This document shows, piece after piece, positions 24,394 through 38,350 of a DNA stretch of 64,000 nucleotides. Source of the stretch: Paraspadella gotoi (lineage: Eukaryota > Animalia > Chaetognatha); the NCBI GenBank assembly GCA_051294375.1, contig CM119265.1, positions 6,147,489-6,211,488 of the forward strand. The letters are read 5' to 3'. The notes under the pieces were generated by a model that worked only from the letters and a program-made list of their open reading frames with translations, did no database searches and was not told where the DNA came from. How positions within the stretch are numbered: position 1 is the stretch's first letter; each line of letters starts with the position of its first letter. The position numbers were made by a program, and so were the translations under genes.

Positions 24394-25168
24394 GCCAACT
24401 TTCACATGAATATTCCTTCTTTTTTTATTAGTCCCACCTTTGCGCTATTATCGATCCGTTTCTCAGAGAACTTACCTTCTTTTTTTGCTTAGTTATCCGC
24501 CTCCAACTTTGGCTCCTGTCTCATACTTCCTTTCACAACTAACATTCACCGACTCTCTTTTTCCTAAATTTAATTTTAACCTTAAAATTTAATTTTAACC
24601 TATTACCAGACCTACATCCTAATCTTTAACCCTAATCAGTAATCACTTACCTAATCCCTGACCCTAACCTCCACCCCAAGCTTTAAAGCAAAATATTAAC
24701 TCGATTGTAAATTTAGGATGAAATGGGGCGTTCTGGGTAAATAAGGCCCATTCACCTTCCTTCAATCGTCAATAAGATTATTAAATTAATTCTATTTCAC
24801 CTCATTTTCCTTCTTCTCGTCTTTCCTTTCTTCATCCTTCCCAACATCACCAATTTTTTTTCCTCCCAAAGTTTCTTCGCGCCTTCTTCCTAATTTCTAT
24901 CCATCAACCTCACAACTTAGACAACAATAACATCACGAAGACGAAAAACGACGTCAGCAACCGATCCATCACAATAACCGACATCGGCTTTCGTTAGCAG
25001 TCTCCTCCTATCGAAATCGCCTTCCGTTCAACCAATCACTGTCGTTTTTTCGCCGTTTCGACTAATCACCATCAACCAATCAAGACGTCGAATCACGTCG
25101 ACGTCATCATCACCTTTTTTCCATCTCAACCAACGAAGCGAAAAGGAAAAACATGTGAGAACTTGTGT

Positions 25169-25246
<78 letters not shown>

Positions 25247-25554
25247 TTTCACTTCTACTTTTATTTTCACTTTTATTTTCACTTCTACAGATCTATTTTT
25301 CTGTACTATTTCAGATACGAATCTTTGAAACATATATTTTCACGTGTTTTGCCAAAAGACAAACACTGGAATTTTAAACCGATTTTCCTGAATTCTACTT
25401 TTAATTTTTATTTTCAATCTTTTGATTTTTTAATTTTTTAAATTTTTTAATCTTTTTAATCTTTTGATTTTCTTAAATTCTAGTTTTAATTTTTCTTTTC
25501 AATCTTTTAATTTTCACTTTATACACGTAAATTTCTGATTTCCTTTAAACTTAT

Positions 25555-25785
25555 TATTTTCAGAGAATTCTTTCCATTTTAACCCCGGATCATAAAACGT
25601 TTTGTCGTGTTCATTGAAACCCCAGATCATTAACCCTCTTTCCATTTTCAAAGAATACTTTCCATTTCTATCCTGGATCGTTAAGCTTTTTTCCATTTTC
25701 ACTGAATCTTTTCCATTTCAACCCCGGATCGTTAAACATCTAAGTTCCATTTTCCAAAAATACTTTCCATTTAAAACCCCAGCCC
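25555..25785 (+). repeat. Degenerate ~48-bp minisatellite (GAATACTTTCCATTT...CCCGGATC...TTCCATTTTC)
   Basis: Four to five imperfect recurrences of TTTCCATTT and CC(C/T)GGATC. Confidence 0.65.
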
Positions 25786-26069
25786 TTGAGTTTTTTCCCC
25801 CATTGCTTATAGTTTCTCGACACGGCCCAAATACTGGATTCCGACGAAGCTTCTTAAGAGATGCGGCGAGAGAGGGGAGAACGAGAGAGAGAGAGAGTGA
25901 GCAGGGGGAGGGAGGAACGCGGAAAATGTGAGAGACAGAGAGAGAAATGGGGGCGACTGAGGTGCCGGGACTTCGCTCGACCTCTTAGGATTTTCCGGTG
26001 AATCCATTTTTGAAACAATTTTTTTTTTACCGCGTTTTTGTTATTTTCCGTTTCTTGAAAGACTGACTG

Positions 26070-26070
26070 T

Positions 26071-26160
<90 letters not shown>
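26070..26160 (+). repeat. (TTTC)n microsatellite
   Basis: Directly visible. Confidence 0.97.
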
Positions 26161-26162
<2 letters not shown>

Positions 26163-26410
26163 TTTTAATTATAACCACCAACAAAAAGTAAGTTTTTCTC
26201 AGACCCATAAAACGATATTTTATCCGAAAATGAATTTCTCAATTGGCAAAAATCAGAAAAAGAAATCGAGCTCCGTTCCTCAGCGGACGAAACACTTTGA
26301 CCTTTAGAATAAAAAAACATTAAAAATCCCCCAAAACCATAAAAGCCACCAGGAAAAAAAAGGGAAGGTTAGTTCCTTTCGCGTTTCCAGAATTCGGATC
26401 AGACCCGGAA

Positions 26411-26523
<113 letters not shown>

Positions 26524-26814
26524 TGAGGCACAAAAATCCCCGCGAAATTCGAACGGTGCCACGCCGTCTTTTTTTAAAAGGTTAATCGCGGATCTCTGCG
26601 TGCGCGATGCGTGTCTTGTCGTGCTTAGCATCTGTTCAGTGATGTCTTTGCGTGCGTCGCGCATTGATCTCTTTTCTCTCGTTTAGTTGCTGCGCATGAT
26701 GGGCGGTTGTTCCGACGTCAATTTCGAGCGATGGTCAATTGGTCACGCCTCGATCGGATCATCTCTGCCATGACCGCCTCGCTACGAAACGGCACAGCAA
26801 GACAAAACACTGTC

Positions 26815-26890
26815 ACCGACGCCGCCTACGACGCCGCCACCGACGTCCTCACCGACGCCGCCAACGACGCCGCCAACGACGCCGCCACCA
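26815..26890 (+). repeat. 12-bp tandem repeat (GACGCCGCCAAC-like), about 6 units
   Basis: Directly visible. Confidence 0.85.
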
Positions 26891-27147
26891 ACGAGATCGT
26901 AATTAAAATCTGGTTCCCGTTTCTTCGTCACGGTCGGGCGACGATGCCCGACGGACCAGATCTTTGGAATTCTCAGGAGAGATTGCCCGACACACTGAGA
27001 TGTGCCCCAGTGCATTCCGACCGTAGCCCTCTTGACGACCACTCCGCGGGCCAGGCGAGGCCACCCGGCCACTCTGGGCCGTCCGCAACTCGGCCTGAGG
27101 ATGCGGAATGTTGTTTATTCGAAGTTTGTAAAACCGTCCGTAAAACG

Positions 27148-27253
27148 GAAGCCATGTACTCCGGAAGTTTATAAACTCGGAAGAGTCTTGATTGAAAGCT
27201 TGCGGGGTCCTGCTATGCAAGAAGGAAAGAGACCCCCTTTCCACCAATTTCAT
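27148..27253 (+). mobile_element. Diverged, internally deleted copy of the Penelope-like 3'-end family
   Basis: GGAAGCCATGTACTCCGGAAG...GAGTCTTGATTGAAAGCTTGCGGGGTCCTGCTAT...ACCAATTTCATAA matches 22382-22457 plus the terminus. Confidence 0.65.
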
Positions 27254-27694
27254 AAAATAAAAATATTACTTATTAATACCGAGACAATAAAGTGATTGTT
27301 AATCTAATCGTTCTAAACGTCCAGCAGACGAAAGCGAAGATTCGAATTTAGTGATTATATATAAGATATACATAAGATTTCGAATATTATTAATTATGAT
27401 TACAAGTAATTTTGACGATGAAGATGTTTGTTATTTCACTCAATTATAATTTAAAAAATACTATATTCTACAGTTTTTTATTAGTTAGTTTTGTTAATAA
27501 ATAAAATTTACACTACGATTTTAACCTGAACATCGAACCACAAATGAACTCTCCTTGTCTCCACCACGAACGATTCCAACCACCACAACCACCACCACCC
27601 AAAGTAACGAGACGCGAACTCTGACCCCGTGACATTTCCACCCCCGGAAGATATAAGCCGAGGTAATTTTCTCCGCGACCCACTAACCGGAAGC

Positions 27695-27751
<57 letters not shown>

Positions 27752-28024
27752 GAGAGAGAGAGAAGAGAGAGAGAGAGAGACGGGTTCTCCTCCACCATTA
27801 CCGTCCATGGCCTTTTGGCCCGACCCTTGTCTTTCTTAGGCCTTCGATGTTTCTCCCTCGTCCTCTACCTCCCTTAACCTCGCCCTCGTCCCAATCATTT
27901 TCTACTTCCTCTTCCCCACACATCATTTCCTCTCCCTCCCCTCTTCCTCCCTCCTCCTCGTTCTCGTCTTCACGCTCGCCCTGTTCGAATCGTCAGCGAT
28001 GAAGCAATGAATTCCTCCCAAACG

Positions 28025-28120
28025 TCATTGCCATTGGTTGTTGGCGTTGATGATTGGCGTTGCTGGTTGCCATTGGTGGTTGGCGTTGATGATTGACGTT
28101 GATGACTGGCGATGGTGGTT
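28025..28120 (+). repeat. Short nested repeat (39-bp unit x2 built from 12-bp TGGCGTTGATGA subunits)
   Basis: TTGCCATTGGT(T/G)GTTGGCGTTGATGATT occurs twice. Confidence 0.75.
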
Positions 28121-28203
28121 GCCTTGTGAGTTAAAAAGTCTGAATGATACAAAGATGCGGTATTTTAAACTCAAACGTATTGTCAGATGAGATAAATGTA
28201 TGC

Positions 28204-28250
28204 ATGAAATTGGTACAACCAATATAAAAATTATCCATTCATTTAATAAA
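28204..28250 (-). mobile_element. Terminal ~47 bp of the Penelope-like family
   Basis: ATGAAATTGGTACAACCAATATAAAAATTATCCATTCATTTAATAAA, nearly identical to the family terminus. Confidence 0.7.
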
Positions 28251-29134
28251 TATTATACAAGATACAACTAAACTAGTTTTCATCGCTGCGCTTTAATACT
28301 TTATTATTTTAACGAAGCTACTTATCGTGATAATAAACTAATCCACATGCCAAAATGTCAACGACTTTTTGATGTTTTTATTTGAATTTTCTCGACATTA
28401 ATGTCATGTGCAACGAAGACGTTTTCATGTCGAATCGAGTCAAGTTATTCATATTTTTTTTCTTCTCCAATTTTCATTTCCTTCTTTTTTTTTCTTTCCT
28501 TTCTTCCTCCGTTTCCATAAATAACTCTATGGGTTCATCTTCGTCGCTATTTCATTTTTCCTTTTTGTTTCGCATTCTCCTCTTTTTTCCTTCCGAATTC
28601 CGACGTATTTTCCTTCTGGCTCTGACTCGACTCCGAGTCCGTCTGTCCGTCTGAATCCGCTATCCGATCCGGGCACAAAATTGCACACAAAATTGCATTC
28701 ATCCGTTTTTTCTCCCACGATTCCATCGCTCCAACTATGCTATGTAATTATATTGAAAAAGTATTTCTCTTCCATTTCCATCTTAATTTATCAAAAAATT
28801 GTTTCCCTCGGAACCCTATTGGCCTCAGTGTTCTACTATTATCCCAATTTGCAATCCTTTGCCTAATCCTAAATTCCTCATGGCATGGCATGGCATCTTA
28901 AGTTCAATCATTGCGCTCCCAAAAACAAAGCTTCCATTTTTCATTCCAGCCCCTAATTCAGCCTCATCTTCTTTCTCAAGTCCCCCACCCTCCACTATTC
29001 CCATCCCAACTGTCGTCTTAAACCCTCAACCCCAGCTCCCCCAGCAGCCCCAGCACCAGCAGCCCATCTTCATTCCCCGCCCTCTCTCGATCNNNNNNNN
29101 NNNNNNNNNNNNNNNNNGTGAGCCCACGCACGCA

Positions 29135-30472
29135 GAGAGATATTTATTTCTTTACTAACTCTCGGGTAACACGCGGTCCGAAATTCATGCAAATGGGGAA
29201 CTTTATACTTAAGTTTGCCCATAGTATATGTGTATTTTCGAAGTTTCGTTGTTCACTCACGATTACAAGCTCAAATTGACTACTCCCTACTGCTTGCAGA
29301 AACACTGGCCTCGCATGATGGCGACCATTGGCCCATTGGCCCATTGTCAGCGATCATGCTCCATTGCCACCATTTGCCCAGTGGGTTCGTATCGACGCGG
29401 CTTTGTAGGTCAGTGTGGTCATAGCCGGGCATAAGATAGAAAAGGTACGTCGAATCTTACGTCAATTGGGATTAGACCAGTGATGATATTTCTGCGGCAG
29501 TGGTACGTACGTAGACATAATACGTAGCGCTGTACTCAGCGCGAAACATTAATTACTTGAATACTCCGAACTTGCCGACTTAGAAATGATGCCGTTCGCT
29601 ACAATATCATATGTAAGTATGGCGACTATGCCTGAGTAATGGCGGAATCCCTCGCCCTTTCCGCCCTTTTCCCCTTCCGTCCGTATCAGAAACGACCTAA
29701 TTATAGCACTCGTCACTCAATGGTGACGCCCAGTCTTGACCTTTTCACGTTATTCTTTCCGATCTCCTGTTCACTTTTTAAACCTTCATCTCTGTAGCCT
29801 GGACGGAAGAAAAGATAGTGGGAACTTTCGAAAGGAAGGAGGTAATGAGGTCGCAGGGTGGGAGGGGAGGAAAGGTAGGAGGGGAAGGAGGAGGAAACGA
29901 GGAGAGGAGGGTAACGAGTCGCCTTAGGATGAAGTTCCGTCAGAGAAAGGTTTTTGATAGGATGGTAAGGCATGGTGTAGCAGAGGAAGTGAGGGGGCAA
30001 GAGGAGGAGGAGGAGAGAATGTAGAGGTCAAATATAGAGAGGAAAATGTCGAAGACGTGGCAAGAAGAGAGTTTCTGCGGGATGGGAGGGAAAGGAAAGA
30101 AAAGAAATAAGGATTCGAGATAATTAAGAAGGGTTGGAGAGGGAAAAAGAAGAAAAAGAGGACGGAAGGTAAGAAAAATGATATGGGAAAAGAGAAATTG
30201 ATGGAAAGAAAAGCTAGAAAACAGTACACAATCTGAAAAAAAAAAAGAATAAACAATTAAAAAGAAGTAGAAGGAAAGAACGCAGGATCCTAAAAAGGGG
30301 GAAAATAAGGAATAAGGGGAAAAGGGGAAATAAGAAAAAGGAATAAAACCAGAAAATAAGTTTGAGTCTAAAAAAAAAAGAAAGGAACCGTCGGGAGCGT
30401 AAAAGAATGAAAAGAAACCGGGGAGGCGAACTCCGGGGAAAACGATATCGTGAAGATGACTACGAGAACAGA

Positions 30473-30561
<89 letters not shown>

Positions 30562-31045
30562 ATGATAACGAAAGAGTAAAAGGACTAAATGAGAGGATTG
30601 GAGATAGAGACGCCAGGATGCGCAGAGTGGGTCGAGAAGGGCGTTTCTGATACGGAGGAAGGGAAGGGCGGGAAAGGGCGACGGTTCCGCATACTCGGCA
30701 TAGTCGCACTACAATGATTGTGCGACGGATCATTTCAGTCGGCAAGATTCGGAAGATTAATGTTTCGCGATACAGCGCATGCGCAGGGTAACCAAGTGAC
30801 GTAAATGACGATTTTCTTTTCGGCTATGACCACTGACCAAAAGCCGATAGAACCCACTGGGCCAAAGGGGCAATGGAGCTATGAGCCAATGGGCCAATGG
30901 GCCAATGGGCCAATGGGCAACAGTAAGGGAGTTAATTTGAGTGTAATCTGAGAAAAAGAACTTCGAAATATAGACTATGGGCAAACTTGTAAATTCATTT
31001 TCAGAATTTTCGACCGTTTACCAGGATTAGTAAAGAAATAAAAGG
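29135..31045. repeat. Inverted duplication: noisy arm 29135-29700, cleaner arm 30640-31045
   Basis: TTTATTTCTTTACTAA pairs with TTAGTAAAGAAATAAA, and CCGTATCAGAAACG pairs with CGTTTCTGATACGG. Confidence 0.8.
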
Positions 31046-31827
31046 TCACTCTCCTAGAATTCTATCAAATATAAAAATGATAGATTATGGTTTACGTCAT
31101 TTAAAAGAAAACAAATGATCAAAGAATCAGCGACCTTCCTTCGTCTCCGCCGACGACGACGAGCGGAGAACGCACGAGCGAAGCGTCACAGTTATTTGAC
31201 GTCGCGCGCCAACTTTTGAGTCGAAATCGTCGACGCGAAACTGAGATCTATTAATATCCGATAAACCTGCAGCTGCTCGGAGTTGGAAAGAGTTGGGGGG
31301 GGGGAGAGAGGGGAGAAGAGAGGAAGAGAGAGAGAGAGAGAAAATGTGGGGAAGAATTGGAAGAGAAGAAAAGAGAAAAGAAAGAAAGAAGGGAATGAAA
31401 AGGGAGAGAAAGGGAGGGAAAGAAAGAAAAGAGAAGAATGAAACAAAGAAAGAAAGTATTTATGGAGGACGAGGGTCGGATTTTCTGCTATCGATTTCGT
31501 TCTTCCTTTTCTTTCCTCCCCATGGCTAACAAAACGGAGAGGNNNNNNNNNNNNNNNNNNNNNNNNNNNNNNNNNNNNNNNNNNNNNNNNNNNNNNNNNN
31601 NNNNNNNNNNNNNNNNNNNNNNNNNNNNNNNNNNNNNNNNNNNNNNNNNNNNNNNNNNNNNNNNNNNNNNNNNNNNNNNNNNNNNNNNNNNNNNNNNNNN
31701 NNNNNNNNNNNNNNNNNNNNNNNNNNNNNNNNNNNNNNNNNNNNNNNNNNNNNNNNNNNNNNNNNNNNNNNNNNNNNNNNNNNNNNNNNNNNNNNNNNNN
31801 NNNNNNNNNNNNNNNNNNNNNNNNNNN

Positions 31828-32075
31828 AGAAAAATAAAGGATTCTCAATGAACTCAAGAGGAAGAGGACGATGAGAGAGGAAGAGGAAGAGGAAGGAGAA
31901 GGAAAATAAAGGANNNNNNNNNNNNNNNNNNNNNNNNNNNNNNNNNNNNNNNNNNNNGAAGAGGAAGGAGAAGGAAAATAAAGGATACTCAATGAACTCA
32001 AGAGGAAGAGGGCGAGGAGAGAGCGAGAGCGAGAGGAAGAGGAAAGTGAAGGAAAATAAAGGATTCTCAATGAAC
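31828..32075 (+). repeat. Purine-rich ~75-85-bp minisatellite (GAAAATAAAGGATTCTCAATGAACTCAAGAGGAAGAGG...) interrupted by gaps
   Basis: The motif recurs at about 31829, 31902, 31974 and 32052. Confidence 0.8.
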
Positions 32076-35000
32076 GAAAAGCTTCGAGGAAAATAAAGAG
32101 AGAGATCTCTTCCCAGCACATCATTTACTCTCGCGCTCCCTCTTCCCTCGCTCCTGCATCGGTTTCTCTGTCTTCACGGCTCGCCCCTGTTCGACATCGT
32201 CAGCGATGAAGGCAATGAAGTTACTCCCGAAAACGTCATTGGCCATTGGTTGGGTTGGGCGTTGATGGATTGGGCGTTGCTGGTTGGCCATTGGTGGTTG
32301 GCGTTGTAATGATTGACGTTGATGATGGCGATGGTGGTTGCCTTAGGTGAGTTAGGAAAATAGTCTGGAATGATATACCAAAGCAATGGGCGGTATTTAA
32401 ACTCAAGACGTATTGTCAGGGATGAGATAGAATGTATGCATGGAAATTGGCTACACACCAATATAAAAGTTATGCATGTCATTAAGTAAAATATGTAGTA
32501 CAGATAGCAACTAAACTAAGTTTTGCAATCGCTTGCGCTTTAATACTGTTTTTATTTTAACGAAGGCTGACTTATTCGTGATAATGAAACTAATGCCACA
32601 TGGCCAAAATGTCAACGACCTATTGGATGTTTTTTATTTGAAATTTTCTCTCGACATTAAATGTCATGTGGCAACGAAGACGTTTTCATGTCGGAAATCG
32701 AGTCAAGTTAGGTTCAATATTTTTTTCTGTCTCGCAATTTTCATTTCCTTCTTTTTTTTTCTTGTCGCTTTTCCTGTCCGTTCCATAAATAACCTCTAAA
32801 TGGGTTTCATCTTCGTCGCTATTTCATTTTTCCCTTTTTGTTTTCGCATTCTGCCTCTTGTTTTTCCTTCCGAAGTGTCGCGAGGCGTATTGTTCCTTCT
32901 GGGCTGCTGACGGTGCGACTGGTCGCGAAGTCCGTCCTGTCGTCTGAATCCGCTATCCGATCGCCGGCACAGAAAATGTGCACACAAAATTGCATTCATC
33001 GACCGTTTTCTCCGCACGATTGCCTTCGCTCGGACTAATGCTATGTAATTAGTATTGAGAAAGTATTTCTCTTCCATTTCCATCTTAAGTTTATCAAAGA
33101 ATAAATTTGTTGTTCCCTCGGAACCCTATTGGCCTCAAGTATTCTGACTATTTATCCCAATTTGCAATCCTTTCCTCTCGCTAAATTCCTCATGGCGATG
33201 GCATGGCATCTTAAGTTCAAGTCATTGAGCTCTGCCAAAAACATGAAAGCTTCCATTTTTAATGTCCAGCCCCTAATTCAGCCTCATCTTCTTTCTCAGG
33301 TCCCCACGCTCGGCACTATTCGGCATCCCAGACTGTCGTCTTAAACGCCTTCAAACGCCCAAGCTCGCCAGGCAGCCCAGCAGCCAGCAGGTCGCATCTT
33401 CATTCGCCCGCCCTCTCTCGATCTCGCGACCGCATATCGCATCCTGGCGTCTCGTATCTCCATGCGCTCTCATTTAGTCGCTTTCTCCTTCGTTCTCATT
33501 CTTCTCTCTCTCTCTCTCTCTCATCTCTGCTCTTCTCTCATCACTCTCAGTCTTTAGATCTATTTCTTTCTCTCTCTCTCTCTCTCTCTCTCTGTTCTCT
33601 CTCTCTCTCTCTCTCTCGCCTTAAAGATTATTTTTCTTTCTACTCTCTCTCCCACCACCCCTCTCTCTCTCCCTCTATTTTTCTCCCGAAGTCTTTTTTT
33701 CTCTCTCTTCTTTCTCTCCTCTCGGCTTTAAAAGATTATTTCTTGTTCTCTCTCCTCTCTCTACTCTTCTCCTCGCGGTCGGGCATTAAGAGAGATTTAT
33801 TTCTTGCTGTCCGTCTTCTCCGCCCCCGCCCTCTCGCCTCTCTCTTCCCCTATGTTCTCGCCAAGTCNNNNNNNNNNNNNNNNNNNNNNNNNTTTCTTCT
33901 TTTCCTTCATCATTCATTCCTTTCTTTTGTTTACTCTCTCTTCCGCCATCTCAGCCGATGACCGGAAGTCACGTGATCGGTGTCAGCCTCCGCCAGTCGG
34001 GTTCGAGGTCGATGGGTCGGTCATCGGTCGGTAGTCGGTCGGTCGTTGGTCAGTCGTTACTCGGTCGTTTGTCGGCCGAAAATTCGACGATGAAAAAATC
34101 TTTTCTCGACAAAAGTTAATCGCGAAAATACATGTAACTTTAAATTATTTAATATTAAAACAAACTTTTAACTTAAAATAATATTTCCTTGATTAAAGCC
34201 AGAAATATATTACAGTATTGTCAAATTATTTTTTAGGTTTACAGGAAAAGTCGCATCCACTGAATTATTAGGGAGGGTGAATTTTGTTCTTTTACTATTT
34301 GTAAGAAATTATCTTTTTACCTCTCACAACAACATGATACATTCGGTTCATAACTTCATTTCCGGAGATTTTTTATTACAAAAATCTTAGGCATCGTGAA
34401 TTTCCTTTCGTTTCGTTGTGTTTGAATTAGTAGAAGAAGTTTGAATTTGTTTACAACAACGATTTTATTGGTACATAGGGACGTACATGTTTCGGCTTTA
34501 AATTACAAAAATCTGTAAAAAATTTTCTTCCCGTATTCAAAAAAAATTATTTTGTAAAAGTTTAACACTTTTTCCCACTTTTTTACAAAAATTGAATTCG
34601 CCAAAAAAAAAAAAGAAGAAAAAAGAAAACCTTTTTCTCTTTTACTTCGTTCGTGCGTCTCAATTCTCCGTCGCTGATTTCTTAGGTAAAAAATCCTTCC
34701 GAGGCCTAAAGAAAATTTTACGGCAAATTTCTCAAATAATTTTTTTTTTCTTAGGAAATTTTTTTTCTCGGAAAATAAAAAAAAAATGGAAAAAGAAGAA
34801 AATTGAAAAAGTTATTTCGTTGGAGAAGGAAATGGATTCTGCAATTTTCCGTCTTGGATAAAATAACCGTGAGAATTATTCGTTAAATTGCGCCATTTTT
34901 TATAATGGCGATTCGCGATGGAACATGTTTGAGCGAACAATGTCGGATCTGCTCACGATCGTTAGCGGTAAGCAGCTGATCAGATAATGAATTAATTAAT

Positions 35001-35139
35001 TAAGACTACAAAATAATAATAAATTTTCCACTTTGTCTCACCTCTCAATCACAAAACAACAATATCGATCATAACATTATTTGATAAATTAATTACAAAA
35101 TAAATAATAATTAATTGATTATTATTTTTTCATTATTAT

Positions 35140-35385
35140 TTCCATTTCAACCACACACTTTCCTATCCATATAGAAAATTTCAAGTCAATCGCCCCATCT
35201 ATTCATGAGTAATTGGTGTTCAAAGCTAACCGGGGAGGGACAAACAGACAGACAGACAGACAGAGAGAGAGAGAGATAAACGGATGGACGGACGGACGGA
35301 CGGACGGACGGACGGACATCAATTTTTTTGAATTTTAAGTGACTTACCGACAAAATTGGGGGAGCGGACCGACGAATAGATACGG
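35140..35385 (+). mobile_element. Truncated copy of the HINE/pearl-like element
   Basis: One partial core (CACACTTTCCTA...AAAATTTCAAGTCAATC...CATGAGTAATTGGTGTTCAAA), then (GACA)n/(GGAC)n, GGACATC and GGGGGAGCGGACCGACG, as at 650-720 and 1010-1100. Confidence 0.7.
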
Positions 35386-35860
35386 CTAAAAAACCAAATA
35401 AGAATTCTCTGACCGCCCTAAGCAGACGAAAAAGTTCGTCTGTTAAAGTGATATTAATTTTGTGGTACTATTTTTTTTTGGTTTTTTTTTTTTGCTTTTT
35501 ACTCGCCACAAAATCAAACACTCTATTACTAATACTTACAAAATAAATACTATGTAAATAAATTGTCTGAATTTCAACGCTATTTTCTTCTCTTGGCCAT
35601 TGTAACTATTTTAAATTATATTGATAGATCGATGAACCCAATAAGAATGAAAAAGATGCGTACGACAGCTTCGAACTTGCAACCTCGGCAGCCTCGTAGT
35701 CCTCCCCCACCGCCCCCCACAAAAAACAACAAAAAAAACAACTAAGCTTTAAAAAGATTTAAATAAAAAGATAAAAAAAAACACGGCGTGGCGACCAAAA
35801 CGGATTTCTATTTTTCTCTCTCTCATCCTCTCTCTCCTCTCTCTCTCTCTCTCTCTCCTC

Positions 35861-35894
<34 letters not shown>

Positions 35895-38284
35895 CTTCTC
35901 CCCCTCTCTTGATTTCTGAGAATCCCAGTTTTATCTCTCTCGGCGCGACAAAAGCGAATGTCGCGGAATTCTAATCTTGGGGAGTTTGTTTCCAGGGACT
36001 TTTTTTAAACAAAGAGAGAGAGAGAGAGAGAGAGGAGTAGAGAGAGATGAGAGAGAGGGAGAGAAGGAGAGAGAGAGAGAGAAGAGAGAAGAGAAAGAAA
36101 TAGATAAAATAACAAAAAAATTAAAGAAAAAGCGTAAAAAAAATAGGAAGAAATGGAAAAAAAAAAAACCGAACAAATTAACAAACAAACAGAAAATATT
36201 TCCTCTAATATTTTTTTAAATTTTTTTCCCGTTGTTCATATTTTAATTCTCGAACGGAAGGAAAAGAGCTAACGCTTTCATCTCGCGAGTAAAAAAAAAA
36301 CCTGAGCGCCACCCAACTTCCTGCGCCGAAGGAGAACCGCGCAGATGGCGGGCGAATGTTAAACAGAGAGCGAGAGAGCGAGCGAGAGCGAGAGAGAGAT
36401 ATTCCGTTGAGGTCGACTTTATGAAGATTCACGTCTTTGGCGTCGCCGCCGATGTTAACACCGGAAACAACTTCGCCATCTGCCCTCGTTTTTTTTTTCT
36501 CGAATCGATTTCGCGTCTGTAAAAAGAAAAAAAAACAACTTTTGTTTTCGACGGATTAATTATTAAAATTATGAAAATTAGAAAATCTTTTCTAAATCTC
36601 GACGGAGGAATGTCGACTGTATTTACCCGTAGCACCTGGCTGTACATTTGGCTTCTCTTCTTTTGTTTTATGCTATCTTTTGTAAATTTTTTTTTCTAGA
36701 TTTCTTGTTGTTTATTTTTACATCAAGTTGGTGGAAGAATTGTAAGATTCCAGATCTTTGCGTAAATTTTCAAAAAAAAATCGATTTTTTTCTGCTCGAA
36801 TCGACCTTTTGTGAAGAGACATTATTAGTTAGGAAAAGAAACATATAAGACATGAGTCGAGGCCGAGAAAAATATTTTATTCTGATAAATATCACGAACC
36901 CACGCGTGACTTTTATAGAATTGAGACGCTGTGTGAACATAATGCGACGCTGTTTGGTATTCATTTTCATCTCATCGGGTACATGAGATTCTCCTAATAC
37001 TTTCTGTCATGTAATGTAATCAGATGCTAATAAACATTTCACGCCTCGCTTCTTTCTTTTAAGGTCGTTTTTGTCCAATTCTAAGGTCTGTTTTTCGATC
37101 CCTCATATTATTCACTGGCCACTCGTATTCTTATTAAGACTCATTGTTTCGCCCTCGGTCTTTATGAGTTTTGGGGGGATTTTCCTTTAATAAATTTTTA
37201 AATTTACAAAATGACTTTTCCCTCATGAACCCATGTTAAACAATTTATTTCCTAACTTAAAACGTTCCATTTCGCGCTGGGATAAAAAATATTAAAACAT
37301 TTTCTACAGATGTAGTAGATGTAGTAGTTTTCGTTACGTCATCAGACTCACGACTCAATTTACCCATCGATGAATCCATCACCTTTCAACGGATTTGATC
37401 TTCGGCGTCGAATCCGCCGATCCTTACCAGCCGCCGCCGCCGCCGTCGCCGTCGTCGAAGAAAAATGAGGCGTGGCCTGAACGGAGTCCATCTAAATTCA
37501 TGTGGGGCCGTTATTTCCGCCGCCGCCGCCGCAACTGCCGCCTCTGCCGCCCCTTCTTCATCACTCACCTGTCTCTGTAAATGTTGCCCTATTTGGTCCA
37601 ACAATGAGATATTCCTTCTGCGTCGCGAACCGCTTTTCTTTAAAAAAAAAAAAACCGCTTCCCGACAAAAAACCGCCTTCCGGGGAAAAACGCTTCCCGG
37701 CGCCACGCGTGACGAGTGAGCGAATCCCGAAAACGAGCGCCGCTTCTCAGAAGACGAATCACGAAATATCGTCGTCTTTGTCGTCGTCTTTGTCATCGTG
37801 ATTGACGTCATCGTCCTTATTGTCATCGCGATTGGTTTCCTCCTCTTCGTTGTCACCGTGAGTGGCGTCGTCATTGTAATAAATATTTTGGTTTTACTTC
37901 GTCTTCTTCATTGTCGTGATTATTAACGTCATTGTTGTGATTTTTATTGTTACGTGATTGCATCTTCGGCGACATCGTCTGGAAAACATGAACATTATGA
38001 ATATTATGTGAGGTTATTTATATTTTTGTCATTTATTCATCAACATTTTACTTGCCAAAACTATGGCCTTTGTCATTGTCATCTTCGTCGTCGTCGTCGT
38101 CATCGCATATCTCTCCTTCGCCTTGGTCGCCGTCGTCGTCGTCGTCGTCTTCATCGTCGTCTTCATCGTCGTCTACCAATCCCCGTCCTTCAGCCCCATA
38201 GAACATGATGTTGTAAGCAAATTTTTTTTCTCTCGCCTCCGAAGCAGAATTAAAATTATTTTTTCGGGAAGGAGTGGTTGGGTT

Positions 38285-38350
38285 AGGAGGATAGGAGGAT
38301 AGAAGGATGGGAGGATAGGAGGATAGAAGGATGGGAGGATATAAGGATAG
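38285..38350 (+). repeat. 8-bp (GGAGGATA-like) repeat with 24-bp higher-order period
   Basis: GGAGGATAGGAGGATAGAAGGATG occurs twice in tandem. Confidence 0.8.

Larger units (their letters stand above)
27900..29092 (+). repeat. Segment directly duplicated at about 32110-33425 (second copy insertion-rich)
   Basis: Collinear throughout, e.g. CACGCTCGCCCTGTTCG and CCCGCCCTCTCTCGATC; the second copy has many extra single bases. Confidence 0.9.

Noticed and set aside
26707-27295. Overlapping 96-155-aa ORFs
   Set aside because: A GC-rich patch with a 12-bp repeat and a repeat-family fragment; no recognisable protein.
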